From assembly GCA_951406725.2 (NCBI GenBank), contig OX597836.1:36270001-36334000 (forward strand): DNA of 64,000 bases. Direction: 5' to 3'. Positions 28,362 through 43,250 of the stretch are shown one piece after another. Source of the DNA: Octopus vulgaris. Lineage: Eukaryota. The notes under the pieces were generated by a model. That model searched no databases, had not been told where the DNA came from, and saw nothing but the letters and a program-made list of their open reading frames with translations. The position numbers and the translations under genes are program-made. The first letter of the stretch is position 1. Every line of letters begins with the position of its first letter.

Positions 28362-28486
28362 ACTTAGCAACCGTATTGGAAATGTTTCGAGAATGTGATG
28401 ACATATTATTAACATACTCATTAATAGGTGCAATAGAAACGTTGGTCCAGAAGCATATTTTTAATTTCTTTACTGTGTGTAGATAA

Positions 28487-28826
28487 GTGAAGGTGCATGG
28501 CTCAGTGGTTAGAGCGTCGAGCTTACGATCGTGAGGTTGTGAGCTCGAATCCCGGACCGGGCTGCGTGTTGTGTTCTTGTGCAAAACACTTTATTTCACG
28601 TTGCTCCAGTTCACTCAGCAGTAGAAATGAGTTGCGACATCACAGGTGCCAAGCTGTATCGGCCCCTTTGCCTTTCCCTTGGATAACATGAGAGGTGCAG
28701 AGAGAGGCGAGGCTGGTATGCATGGGCGACTGCTGGTCTTCGATAAACAACCTCGCCCAGACTTGTGCCTGGGAGGGTAACTTTCTAGGTGCAATCTCAT
28801 GGTCAGTCTGACCGAAGGAGGTCTCA
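28487..28826 (+). mobile_element. tRNA-derived SINE family D
   Basis: A box tggctcagtgg, B box gagctcgaatccc, then a body also seen at 8155-8393; ends in (CA)n. Confidence 0.85.
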
Positions 28827-29070
28827 CACACACACATTTCCACATTATAGTGAAGTAAATGAATATGGAAATGCATAGCAAATTATGTCACTTTACATCA
28901 ATATTTCCATATTATATGCATAAAAGATATAAAGTCAAATTGGGTTCATACTTAGACGCATGGTTATAACGTTCGCTAGGCAGTTAATGCGGTTCCTATA
29001 ACGATCTTATACTGCTCGAGTTTAAACAACTATATTCAACAGCAGTCTAGGGCTGAGCCAAGATATTTTT

Positions 29071-29457
29071 TCTCTTTTACTTGTTTCAGTCATTTGACTG
29101 CGGCCATGCTGGAGCACCGCCTTTAGTCGAGCAACTCGACCCCGGGACTTATTCTTTTGTAAGCCCAGTACTTATTCTCTCGGTCTCTTTTGCCGAACCG
29201 CTACGTAACGGGGACATAAACACACCAGCATCGGTTGTCAAGCAATGCTAGGGGGACAAAGACAGACACAAACACACACACGCATATATATATATACATA
29301 TATACGACGGGCTTCTTTCAGTTTCTGTCTACCAAATCCACTCACAAGGCTTTGATATAGTAGAAGACACTTGCCCAAGATGCCACGCAGTGGGACTGAA
29401 CCCGGAACCATGTGGTTGGTAAACAAGCTACTTCCCACACAGCCACTCCTGCGCCTA
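29071..29457 (-). mobile_element. SINE family A
   Basis: Full-length reverse copy. Confidence 0.92.
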
Positions 29458-31397
29458 TTTCTGATCTATAATAACATGTGATTGTGAAAGGTAAATTTCA
29501 TCCAGTACCTATCTATCCCCACCTGCTACTACAAAGTCTCTGGTGAAGATTAATATAGTACTGTCTTTTTTTTTTCTTCTTTTACACGCAAAAACATAGA
29601 TGTACTAAATAGTCAAGGCCAATCTCACTGATTAAGCAATTAAAAAGAAAATTGAACGTTAAATATTTTTAAACATATTTATCTCTTTCCAATCAACATT
29701 GAAATTATGTTTCTGAACAGGAACAAATAAATACTTAATAAATAATATTTAATATAAGCGGTATAAGAAATAAACAAATAAAAACAATGAGCAATGCGTA
29801 CATATTAATTAAACCTTTAAACTTACTTTGATGTCTTGATTTATTTTAAAATGCTAGGAAAATAAATCAGAACTTAAAATTGAACATTATTAGTTTAATG
29901 GCCTTATATCGTTTAGCTATAAACAAATATAGAAAAACAGTTTAATTGTAACAGAAAATTGAAAATAGATCGGAAAACTGATTTAATCTAATAGTCTTAA
30001 TTTAGAAAATATTAATTATAAATGTGTAAACATATATATATATATGTACGTACGTATGTATGTATGAATGAATGAAGGTATGTATGTATGTATTTATGTA
30101 AGTATGTGTTTGTGTGTATTTATGTAAGTATGTGTTTGTGTGTATTTATGTAGGTATGTGTTTGTGTGTATGTGTATGTACGTTTGACTATATCAGTGAG
30201 TTAGTTTAATATGCAAGTCTTCCAGTACGAAATACAACTAAGTCTAAATGTGAACCGATAGTCATTACATTTTGCATACGTTTTATATTAATTGTACATA
30301 GCATGATCTCTTTATCACAGCAAGTCAAATTATTACAGGCACACAATAAAAGGTATGCTAAACATTTGAAATATTGATTTTATAATCAACTTCGCCATAA
30401 ACATTTAAATGTGAGATGCGGAGGCCAATTTATATTTATTTTATGTAGAATTCCCATCTTTGTGAGCAAACCTTACATTCACATCACTAAAATGATATAA
30501 TAAATATTAGATTTTTCATGTACATGCCGTGTAAATATCAAAACCTGAGATCATTATCTAAAAACCAAAATTGTATAAAATAACTTTTAGATTATTTGTA
30601 TTACGTCAAAACATATACACATCCATCCATATGTTTACACTCAATAATGTTTTCTGAACAAGTTATTTCTTTACGAATAATTCATTCCGCAAACAAATAG
30701 CATCCTATGACGATTCACGGAACAATCCACGCAGGTTCAACCTTAAATAAAATTAATACTCGGATGGGGTAACAGTGATCGTGTAGGAAGGGAATGTAAT
30801 TTAAACTTCCATCCAGAATCCATTTAACTATCTTCGAAGCGACTTTCCTATAGAAGCGTTATTTTATACACCAAGAAGGTGCGTGGTTTAATGGTTAGTG
30901 TATTCGGCTCCTGATCGTAAGTTCGATAGAACTACGGACGGATGGATGGATGGAGAGAGGGAGGGATGGCTACACAGATGCATATATATATATATATATA
31001 TATCGATAAATAGATAGATAGATTAATTGATTCATAGATAGATAGTTCAACACACATTTTTATGTATCCGAATGCACGCGTACTCTCTGATGTCTCTACA
31101 ACATATGAAACAAATATTGTGTGTGTGTGGTGTGACCGCCACTTCACGTGTATATATATATATATATATATAAAATAATATATAAATATATGCATATATA
31201 CATGCATATATGGCTATAGGACATAAAAAAACGTTGAACACAAAGAGAAACGAGGCATACAACTTAAAGAATATTCCCCTTCTTCAGTTGTCCCTGCTTC
31301 AACTACTCCACGTTTCGAAGGTATATATATATATTTATACACACACACATATATATATATATATTTATACACACACACACATATACATGTATGTATG

Positions 31398-31440
<43 letters not shown>

Positions 31441-31443
<3 letters not shown>

Positions 31444-32273
31444 GGAAGAATGGAGTTGAACGACGATTTAACAAAATTCCTTTATTCTCGACATATGTTT
31501 CGAAGACTGCATATTCCTAATTTCGAAGGAAAGACAAGGAACTTATGTCAGCATCATGATGAACAAAATCTTTTAGATGACTGCCCACACGGAGTCCATA
31601 GCGATAATGTGTTTGGTTCCACTTATACTACACCACCATAGACAAATTTTTATACTCATGAAGGACTACTACCAAATTCATTGGGGTATATTTTACCTTT
31701 GTCTCTCTACCTCTACCTCCTCTCTCTCTCACTCTCTCTATCGTAAGTACAATCAAACACACAGACAAAAACCTGTCACTTCACCACTAGTTGTTTTTGG
31801 CATCTACCCAACCACACACACAATCACGCACACACATACACACACATAGACACGAATGCAGTTATATACATACACACACATAGGCACTCAATCTCACTAG
31901 CAAAAGCAAACAACAACACATCACCATTCATATGACTTGCACCCTGTCACCTTCCTATTCTTAGATCTCTCCCCTTCCAACCTTGTTTGAACTCTTGAAC
32001 ATTCTAGAATCTTCTACATTCAACCATTTTTGACGTCACTGCTTATAACGGAATATTTTAAAGAGACACTCATTATCGCTATGGCCTCCGTGTGGGCAGT
32101 CATCTAAAAGTTTTTGTTCATCATGATGCTGACATAAGTTCCTTTTCTTTTCTGATGAGAAGGCGGCATAATGCACCCCTTATTCCTTCGAAATTAGGAA
32201 TATGCAGTCTTTGAAACATATGTCGAGAATAAAGGAATTTTGTTAAATCGTCGTTCAACTCCATTCTTTCATT
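31441..32273 (+). mobile_element. Penelope-like element with about 170-200-bp inverted terminal repeats and a hammerhead ribozyme
   Basis: 31441-31608 is the reverse complement of 32071-32273 except for a deletion of about 34 bp that removes CTGATGA; directly follows (TA)n. Confidence 0.8.
32139..32237 (+). ncRNA. Type I minimal hammerhead ribozyme
   Basis: ttccttttctttt-CTGATGA-gaaggcggcata..ttcct/aggaa..tatgcagtcttt-GAAA-C-atat-GTC-gagaataaaggaa. Confidence 0.75.
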
Positions 32274-32719
32274 TATTTGTATTAAAAAAAACACACAAAT
32301 TTCCACACGAAAGCACGTGATCTCTGCCCTTGGCATATAGCTTCAACCGTGTTTTTCTGACGTCAATTTGCTACCCGGGTATCGGTTAACCGAATTATCC
32401 ATACTAGGATAATTCATTCAACTACTTATATATATATGTATGTGTGTCTGTATGTATGTATGTATACATATCGTTTTATTTTTATGGTTACATCGTCATT
32501 TGCTTCGGCATGTATGTGCGGTGACATTGACATATTATTAAATCCTATCTTGTTTATTAACGTATCAATTTCCTATGTGGAATAAACAGAAGGATTTTTC
32601 CCCCTTTCTTTCTTTGTTTATGGGACAGTATATTGGAGACAGATAGTTTTTTTGTGTGAATATATTTATGTCTGCAAATTATCAGCAAGAGTTTATTAGC
32701 AACAACATTACTGTATAAA

Positions 32720-34880
<2,161 letters not shown>

Positions 34881-34966
34881 ACGAGAGAAAGATAATGAGA
34901 GAGTTAGATAAATAGATAGATGGATACGTTGCTTATATGTGTTCCTGTTCATGCTAGTTTATGAGT

Positions 34967-34998
<32 letters not shown>

Positions 34999-35115
34999 TT
35001 GTATGCGTTTGCCTGTCAAATGTGAAAAATTATGTCTATTTATCAATAACAAAATACGTATATAAATACAAAGAAACACGCACACAAACACACACACATA
35101 GACTTGCACGAACTT

Positions 35116-35148
<33 letters not shown>

Positions 35149-35759
35149 CAATGATGGAACATCTTTGAATACCCACACATAGTTATTCTTTCTTTACTTT
35201 GATGCATCACCGTCAAAACGAAAAAAAACATTAACTAATATGTGCAAATGAGCTTTCAAATCTGTTATTGAATATATATAATAATAATAATGTTACTAGT
35301 TATGTCAATCACCTTTTTTTCTGAATTATTATCTGCAATGCCCTTGAGGTATGTTCCGATACACATTTATTTAGATCCAAAATGTGCTACTTAAAGACAA
35401 AATGTACAAATCTTGGGAAGATGAGCCTCTTTTTTCCAAGGACGTATTCCACAGCAAACTTGTGTACACGTGAATATGTTTGGAGACTTGCCTTGCATTC
35501 GAAAGCCACCCTTTTAGCCAGTAATCGAACGAAACGAAAAGCTTTTAGCAGTATTTTATTTGAAGAAGGTGAAACACGTTGATAACAGCAAAGGATTGAA
35601 AATAAATATACAGCTTCTTAAGATTTTGTGTAGAATACACAAGTATTCTTCTGCTTAGTTACGTTATTTTTCATATCGGAGTAATTTTCGCTATAGACAC
35701 AAAGCTCTCTTCTAGCTTTAGCATTTTTTTCAAGGGTTGTTTCATATTTTCATTATACA

Positions 35760-35793
<34 letters not shown>

Positions 35794-35798
35794 AATAT

Positions 35799-35839
<41 letters not shown>

Positions 35840-35884
35840 AGGGAATATGAATTTATTATATTAGTATTAAATTATATTCCCCAC

Positions 35885-35936
<52 letters not shown>

Positions 35937-36083
35937 GGGAATATAATTTTATACTAATATACTTCTATTTACTATTTAACGTACTTTATTGATTTCTAGA
36001 GCAATGTTTTATAGTATATGTTTTCTATATAGTGTGAATAACATCTTTCATTATTGAATTGTTTAATAGAGGTTTTTCTCTAA

Positions 36084-36117
<34 letters not shown>

Positions 36118-36121
<4 letters not shown>

Positions 36122-36318
36122 TTAATCCAAACATGAAAACACAAAAAGAAAACACAACGACGCGAGGACGTGCAACAAGTATAGTGTTATTGGACGCTCA
36201 GGAAAGAAGGAAGGTTTAACGTTTCGAGAGGAGCTCTTCGTCAGAAGCAAAGAAAAAGGAAGGATCCAGATAAGGGAAGACGGAGGAAAAAAATCGCCAA
36301 CGATACACACGCGGTCAG
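36118..36318 (-). mobile_element. Penelope-like terminal repeat with minimal hammerhead (copy of 2616-2826)
   Basis: Minus 36214-36248: gctt-CTGACGA-A-GAGC-tcc-tCTC-GAAA-CG-TT-aaac; adjoins (TA)n. Confidence 0.7.
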
Positions 36319-36937
36319 TATTTAACTATGAATGCGTGTATATGTGTTTATGCGTATTCCTGTAAGTGCGTATATGCGTGTACATATGTATTTGCATGTG
36401 CGCATATATGACCAGATCTCTGGTTCTTTCTTCATCTTTCTGTATGCAACATTCATTCTATATGTGTATGTATCGTTATAGGTAAGTACATACGTATATG
36501 GATGCGAACATTGATATGAGTCTATGTATATATGTATTTATGCAAATGTGCATATTTACATACATACTCTGCTACACTTGTAAACACACATATACACACA
36601 ACCACACACAGATGCATGCACACACACACGTACACAGGCATAACTTTTTTCTATTTTGTTTGCAAGGTTCTTGATATGCACACGAGTGCTGAGAGCTTCT
36701 TGGCGTAATGCTCCTCCAATCGACAAACAACTATATATATATATATAATATACGCGTGTCCGTGCGTGTGTGTATGTGCGTGCGTGTATATATATATATA
36801 TATATATATACATCAACCTATGTATATTATATATGATAAATATATATATATACATATATACTTATATAATAAATTCAGGGTGAATACTTGATAAGTATAA
36901 GCACCTGTATATGCCAGCTAGTAGCAGAGGTGTGAGG

Positions 36938-37110
36938 ATATATGTATCAAATGACATAAAAACAGAACACAAAGGATGTCGCGGTACACATGTTTCAAGC
37001 TTTATAAAACGACTTATTCTTGATGTAAGAATACGTTGTTTTATAAAGCTCGAAACATGTGCACCGCGACATCTTTGTGTTCTGTTTTTTATGTCATTTG
37101 ATACATATAT
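36938..37110. repeat. Near-perfect 170-bp palindrome containing the hammerhead 3' half on each arm
   Basis: About 84-bp arms around a gatgt loop; right arm has GAAAC-ATGT-GCA and left arm reverse complement has GAAAC-ATGT-GTA. Confidence 0.85.
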
Positions 37111-37194
37111 ATATACTTATATATATGCATATATTTACACATATATACATACATATACCTAGATACATACACACACACACACATATATATATGT

Positions 37195-37700
37195 GTCTAG
37201 AACATTTACCACTCACATGGACAATAAACCCTGATGATTTATACGTCCATTAGATCTCTGTCCCCGCCTCTTTGAATGCTTAGTTGCCACTCCAAACTGA
37301 TTCATATTCGGAGTGTCAATACGTTCACCACCAATGATTTTAAATTGACTTCCATCTCCTGTCTGTTTTATCTATTGCACCTCTAGTCATTCTCTATGTT
37401 AGAGAAGTCATCCTCCATCTCTTTACTCTTTCGTTCTTGTTCTCTACTTCTGTTTATCCTTCATACGTTACATATATTTTCTCTCCTCTCTTTGCATTTT
37501 GATTTCTGTATCTCCCACCCTCTGCCTTCCCTCCTTTACATCTACCATACAAGCTATTTTTCCAGCATTCTCTTGATGAGCTAAGTTGGACTGATTGTAA
37601 TATAAAGAGTATTCCGTAGCTCCAGGATTCCCGAAACAGCTGCAGAGTTAAGAAATTATGTGTACTTTTCTTAGTATTATGTACTTTTTATGCCCTCTAT
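37195..37700 (+). mobile_element. Decayed Penelope-like 3' end
   Basis: EHLPLTWTINPDDLY resembles the GIY-YIG C-terminal L.T..P.GLN motif; pyrimidine-rich tract; ctc-TTGATGA...GAAAC-AGCT-GCA-gag at 37570-37647. Confidence 0.5.
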
Positions 37701-37805
37701 AAAATATCTGTATGCGCATATATTTCTATGTGTGTGTATAAGCCGTACATGTACAAATTAAAGCATACATATATATACATATATATGTATGCCTGTGTGT
37801 GTGTT

Positions 37806-37860
<55 letters not shown>

Positions 37861-38039
37861 TTGTCTTTAGAAATGTATACTCATCCAATCAAATCTAGAG
37901 AATTTAGTTTGTAGTTAATAGAAATACCTTTAGGGAAATGACAATATCTTCAGTCTCTTTCTGACTGATTTCTAGTTGTGACACTTGCCACTGGGAGTAA
38001 TCTAAATATTCCATACATGATACGATTAGTAATTTGAAG

Positions 38040-38511
38040 AACCATTTCAGGACATAGAAATTATATGAGAAGTTAAATTATAGCGTATTCAATTTGTGAT
38101 TTCTATGAGGGCACCTAAATTCGTATATGTAGCACTCAAATACCTGTCAACGGGAGTAATTGAAATGATCAAAGAAGGAAGTGAAAATTATTTGAGGATG
38201 ATTCCTGGCTCAACGTCCATGCAGAAAGGACAAAAGATTAGTCTTAATTGCTACATCAAACGTATTGAGAAGAATGTTGTCGCGGATTTTCCTCCTTTAT
38301 TTCCCCTCTTTATTTTCTTTGGTTCCTTTCTCCTTTAATTTTTTTTCTTTTTTCCTCCCTGCATTTCTTCCCCTTTCTTTTCCTATTACGTGACATTGTA
38401 AATGAACAATGTGGGGCGTTTTATTTTGATGGCCTACCTGTGAATACAATGAGTTACTTTGCCCCAGGTGTTAGGAAGACACTCGGCAAGAAATGGAAAC
38501 AAAATTGAAAG

Positions 38512-38512
<1 letters not shown>
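38040..38512 (+). mobile_element. R4/Dong-like non-LTR element 3' end
   Basis: GVIEMIKEGSENYLRMIPGSTSMQKGQKISL resembles the RLE C-terminus; 3' UTR ends at (TAA)n; same UTR inverted at 46740-46860. Confidence 0.65.
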
Positions 38513-38576
<64 letters not shown>

Positions 38577-38644
38577 TCTCATCGTCATCATCATCATTGT
38601 TATTATTATTATTGTTGTTGTTTTTTTTTGTTGTTATTATTATT

Positions 38645-39700
38645 ATTGTTTGTTTGACTTTTGCTTTGTACAAGTTAACTCCAAATATCCTCCATAGACC
38701 CCAAGAGAGAAGTTACAAGTTCAAGTTGGTGCTATGACTAGGGAGCCATACATTTGGTTTTGCATAAAGTATTAGAGTACTACAGAATATCTAAGAAGAC
38801 ATAAGATAATTATACGTTCGTTATACAATTTAGGATTACATAGATAGTATTTTACGTAGGATATGGGCAATTCCGAAGAGCACTAGCCTTTGAATTTCTG
38901 CCATTTGGGGATTTCCTCGTATCTGAGCTAGGTAGTAATCAACGCCTTTTGCTATAATTCCTAGGGCACCTATGACAACAGGTATTGTTTTAGTCTTGAG
39001 GCTCCACATTTTGCCAATTTCTATTTCAAAATCTTTATACTTGCTCAGTTTTTGGTCGGTGTTAACAGATAGATTTACGTCCATTGAGAGAGCCATATCG
39101 ATTTTTATCTGAACTCCTTCAATATAATGTCTGGCCTATTCGCATCTATCTTTCAGTCAGATTGAACGGTGAAGGTCTAGAGGAGTGAGAAGTAGTCATT
39201 TTCAATCACTAAATTTGGTTTATATTCCCACCAGTTTTTATCATGAGGCAGGTCCAGGTTTTTGCAAATTACCCAGTGAATATACTGTGCTTCTCTATCA
39301 TGCCTGTTGAGATACTCTGTTGCCGCAAGAAGACTTCACAAGGAAACATGATTAATGACGTCATTTTGTCGCTTACATACACGACATGTTCTTTAATATG
39401 CTGGCCTGGCAGTTGCTTGCAGGTAGGCATTGATCTTGGGATGCTATGATAAACCCTTCTGTCTCTGATTTTAAACCAGAAGACACTAACCATTGATGAG
39501 TAAAGGGTTTGTCAGCATCGGCATTATTAGATCTATTTGGGTATTTGCCATTGCGAGGTTTTACTTGCCATTTATCTCTAAGAATATCTAAGAAAGCAGT
39601 TTTAGCAGGGTTTTCATACGCTTAGCTTTTTCTGCGCTTTTTCTAATTCTCGGATTTGTTTTCCTAAGAAATCACTTAGATATTTCTTCGCTTGTTTCGT
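38645..39700 (-). mobile_element. R4/Dong-like RLE non-LTR retrotransposon, 5' truncated
   Basis: GLKSETEGFIIASQDQ, RHDR, ANRPDII, KLSKYKDFEIEIGKMWSLKTKTIPVVIGALG..AHILRKIL; 3' end abuts (TAA)n. Confidence 0.9.
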
Positions 39701-39788
39701 TGTTGTTGTAATTATTATTATTATTGTTGATGTTGTTGTTGTTATTATTATTATCAGTATCACTATTATCATTATCATTATTATTATT

Positions 39789-39985
39789 AAGGCGGGGAGC
39801 TGGCAGAATCATTAGCACGCTAAGCAAAATGCATAGCGGCCTTTCGTCCAGCTATACGTTCTGATTTCAAATTCTGCGAGGTCGACTTTGCTTTTCATTC
39901 TGTCGGGATCGATGAATTAGGTACCAGTAAAACTCTGGAGTAGATCTGATACACTCGTTCACTTACCTAATATTTAAGGCCTTGT
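39789..39985 (+). mobile_element. SINE family B
   Basis: B head after (ATT)n. Confidence 0.8.
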
Positions 39986-40140
39986 AATGGAAACGAAACT
40001 GGACGAACAACAACAAATGTTGAACAACGCTTGAACCGTAAATGGAAGGTAATTAAAATTAACACGTTTGACGTGAACGATAATATGTCACTAAATGCAA
40101 GACATATGAACAGAAAAGGAAAAGGGTTGTCACAAGCAAC

Positions 40141-40360
40141 GTAAATGGTTTTTGAGCCTGGTTGATATAGAGATCAAAGTAAGTGGTTTTTGAGCCTGGT
40201 TGATATAGAGATCAAAGTAAGTGGTTTTTGAGCCTGGTTGATATAGAGATCAAAGTAAATGGTTTTTGAGCCTGGTTGATATAAAGACCAAAGTAAGTGG
40301 TTTTTGAGCCTGGTTGATATAGAGATCAAAGTAAGTGGTTTTTGAGCCTGGTTGATATAG
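40141..40360 (+). repeat. 38-bp minisatellite, about 5.8 copies
   Basis: gtaagtggtttttgagcctggttgatatagagatcaaa at 40141, 40179, 40217, 40255, 40293 and 40331 (partial). Confidence 0.95.
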
Positions 40361-40399
40361 TGACCATCAGTGAAAAAACAGCCAGCTAAACATGAAACA

Positions 40400-41690
40400 A
40401 TGAAACAAACTGTAAGAGGAGAGTATACAAGGTAAATAACAAAAATATTACGGTGACGGTTGAAATAAAGAAATGTTACTGAATCAGTGAATTAGAAAGT
40501 AGCATCATTTATCAGATTTTAGCTGGAATTGTGAACTGGACAAAAATACGAAAGGCAAGACGCCGGGAGAAAACATAGAATGCTTCTGACTATATATGGA
40601 TCGTCCTCACACCATACGAAATTAATATAAAACGGTTGCGCTTTAAGATAGATCTATTTGGAAGCTGCTTCATTGGAGTTGAAGAGTGTGTGAGAATGAG
40701 CCGAAGCAGCTGACTGGGACTGTTTGCAGTGCAACACAGAAAAGTTACACAAAACAGTAACTAGAGAACAGTTGATCGAAACAGATGGTAAAAATAGCAA
40801 TAATATTATTCAATGAAATGTTGAAGAGACTGAAGAAAAATGCTAGCGTGATCAGTTTTGTAAATCACTGAGGATTATATAGAAGAAAATACTGGGTTTA
40901 GTGAGAAAAGGAACAACTGAAAAAGAAAGAGAAGGCCTTATTATATCACCTCAAGACCAAGCACTGCAAATAAACAAATTGAGGAAATATGTATATGGTG
41001 TGAAGGTGTCGTTAAAATACAGAGTATGAGAAGTCTGCGGTGAAACAATAGCATACACCGTTGCAGAATACCCCTAGTTGGTTTAGGAAGAATATAAGAA
41101 ATGGAGACATGATCAAGTTGTGAAAGTTTTATCTGAGAAGTTTTGTCAAAAATGAGTGTTTTTAGCAAGACGTGCAAGGTGAAATTCTCGAGTAAAACTT
41201 GAATCGGAAACATGCAAGATTACATCGGATTTTCTCGTTCAAGTTTATAAGCAGATGAATCGTAACTATTCTAGTAATAGACAAGGGAAATTGAGTTAGC
41301 ATATTGATCGATTCATTATATCCGTTTAATTCTGCAGCTGTGAAGAAAGCAGATTAAGATTGCTTAAAGCAGATTAAAAGTTGAAAACAACTACCGCTTA
41401 AAATTTGAAATAGCAAAGACTTGAAATATCAAATATGTAAAGATTTCTCCTCTGATAATTGGTGCATTGGGGACTGTGAATTATGAAACCGACAAACGAA
41501 TAAAAGAGATTGGAATGGTGTATCCAGTAGAGATGTTAAGGTAGGTTAGCGCCTTATGAACAGGGAATATCAGAAGAAGGGCTTTGAGAACGTGGTGGCT
41601 AATTAAATTTACGTGGACAGGTAATATTACTTGTAGTAGGCCGCTATCCATACGAGTCCTACCACGATTAAATTCAATCTAGAACCAAGA
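40400..41690 (+). mobile_element. Decayed R4/Dong-like non-LTR element
   Basis: EKEREGLIISPQDQAL, WRHDQV, KISPLIIGALGTV; followed by (AAT/AAC)n. Confidence 0.75.
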
Positions 41691-41691
41691 A

Positions 41692-41723
<32 letters not shown>

Positions 41724-41838
41724 CAATAATAACAATATTCAATAATAACAACAATAATAATAACAACAACAATAACAATAATAACAACAACAATAATAAC
41801 AACAACAATAACAACAACAACAATAATAATAATAATAA

Positions 41839-42042
41839 TGGCTTCAAATTTTGCGACAAGGGCAGTAGTTTGGGGGGAGGGGATGAGTCGAGTATATCGA
41901 CCCCAGTGTTCAATTGGTACTTAATTTATCCACTTCGAATGTATGAGAGGTAAAGTCGACCTCGAAGGAATTTGAACTAAGAACGTAGCGATGAGCGATA
42001 AGCATTTCGTCCGGCGCGGTAACGCTTGTACCACCTCACCAC
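41839..42042 (-). mobile_element. SINE family B
   Basis: Reverse B core and head. Confidence 0.75.
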
Positions 42043-42266
42043 TGAAAGGAATTCTTTTTGTGGGTTGAATAATTCACCTCTAGAACCATGGGTGTTTCGT
42101 TCAATTTCCTAAAACTATAATTTTTTAGGGATCTTTTGAGCAGCATGGGCTTCTCGACGTAAAGAAAATTCTAACTGGGCATCGCCTGCTAGGTCATGTG
42201 CTGTTTTTCTTGATATGAGATCCCCATATCGCGCTCATATGGTTGTGAGGCATGTGCCTGGTGTAC
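42043..42266 (+). mobile_element. Family E fragment
   Basis: Colinear with about 47580-47803. Confidence 0.75.
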
Positions 42267-42294
42267 GCGTTCCAAATTTTGGGTTCAAAGTTTA

Positions 42295-42510
42295 TAATAC
42301 GACAATAAACCATCCGTTTGGTATGGATGATATGAAGTTGTTTGTTTGAAATGAAGAAATAGTAGGGCTGCTAATAAGAGTTCAGCAATGATATCGGGAT
42401 GGATTTTGGCCTTGGTAAGTGTGCTACAGCAACTTTTGTAAGTGGAAAGTTCAGGCAAACAACTTCCATTAAATTAGACAGCGACGCTGTCATCAAGGAG
42501 CTTTGACCCA
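42295..42510 (+). pseudogene. Non-LTR reverse transcriptase fragment (R4/Dong-like)
   Basis: INHPFGMDDMKLF and DIGMDFGLGKCA resemble NHLLYMDDLKLF and DIGMEFGLDKCA. Confidence 0.75.
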
Positions 42511-42903
42511 CAAGAAAGGGACGGAGATAAATTAGGATCCTAAATATTATGTGTCTAAATCACACAAATCAGACCGCATAATCAATCGAGTAGACTACCT
42601 GCCCAGAGGTGCACCAGGTTGGGATACAAAAAGGAACTTCTGGGGCAAACCTATAAACTAATAATGTGAATGGTAGTCAGAACCAAAGAAACCCCAACCC
42701 TGAACCGTTGGAATATACATCATAAAATAGCACAAGAAATCAAAGTATAAAGCAGAAATGAGTAAGAGAGGATTATAAAGACGTAATGAAGGTTTCTCAC
42801 ACAGCAATAAATAGTTCATAACGGATATTGACCAAATAGAGAAATGGAGTCAGCAAAAGGACATGACTACATACGAACGATGCAGGAAATACGCGCATGT
42901 ATA

Positions 42904-43250
42904 TCATCATCATTTGTCATTGTTCGACCGTGGTCGAGACAATGGAATTTACTATGTTACGCCAGACTCCTCGGTCCATCATAGCATTACGGAGGTCCTG
43001 TTGCTGGATGCCTATTTCCCTGGAGATTACATCAGGTTAGGAGAGTGTGCGCCCTCTGGTATCGCGAGCAGATGGCTTTCAGAGGAGAAAGTAGAAATTA
43101 CCACGTTTTCAGCTCTACAACAATGTCCAGCAAACTGGACTCTTCTACCTTTCACAAGAGATGATACAGGTGGTAGTTTCTCATATATTTGTACTTTGTT
43201 TGGATGACGCTTCCACGAGAAATTTTGAGCTCTCATGTGTATATTATAAG
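42904..43250 (-). mobile_element. RTE-clade LINE 3' end
   Basis: MRAQNFSWKRHPNKVQIYEKLPPVSSLVKGRRVQFAGHC; (ATG)n tail; second copy at 57083. Confidence 0.85.

Noticed and set aside
28487-28565. tRNA gene (also the heads of SINE families A and C)
   Set aside because: A/B boxes are present but there is no intact acceptor stem, and each continues into a repeated SINE body
31210-31322. Minus-strand GAAACGT and CTGAAGAAG motifs between (TA)n tracts
   Set aside because: Halves are in the wrong order for type I with no closing stems; may be a Penelope scrap but is not supportable as a ribozyme
40141-40360. CRISPR-like repeat array
   Set aside because: Head-to-tail repeats with no spacers, no cas genes, eukaryotic context
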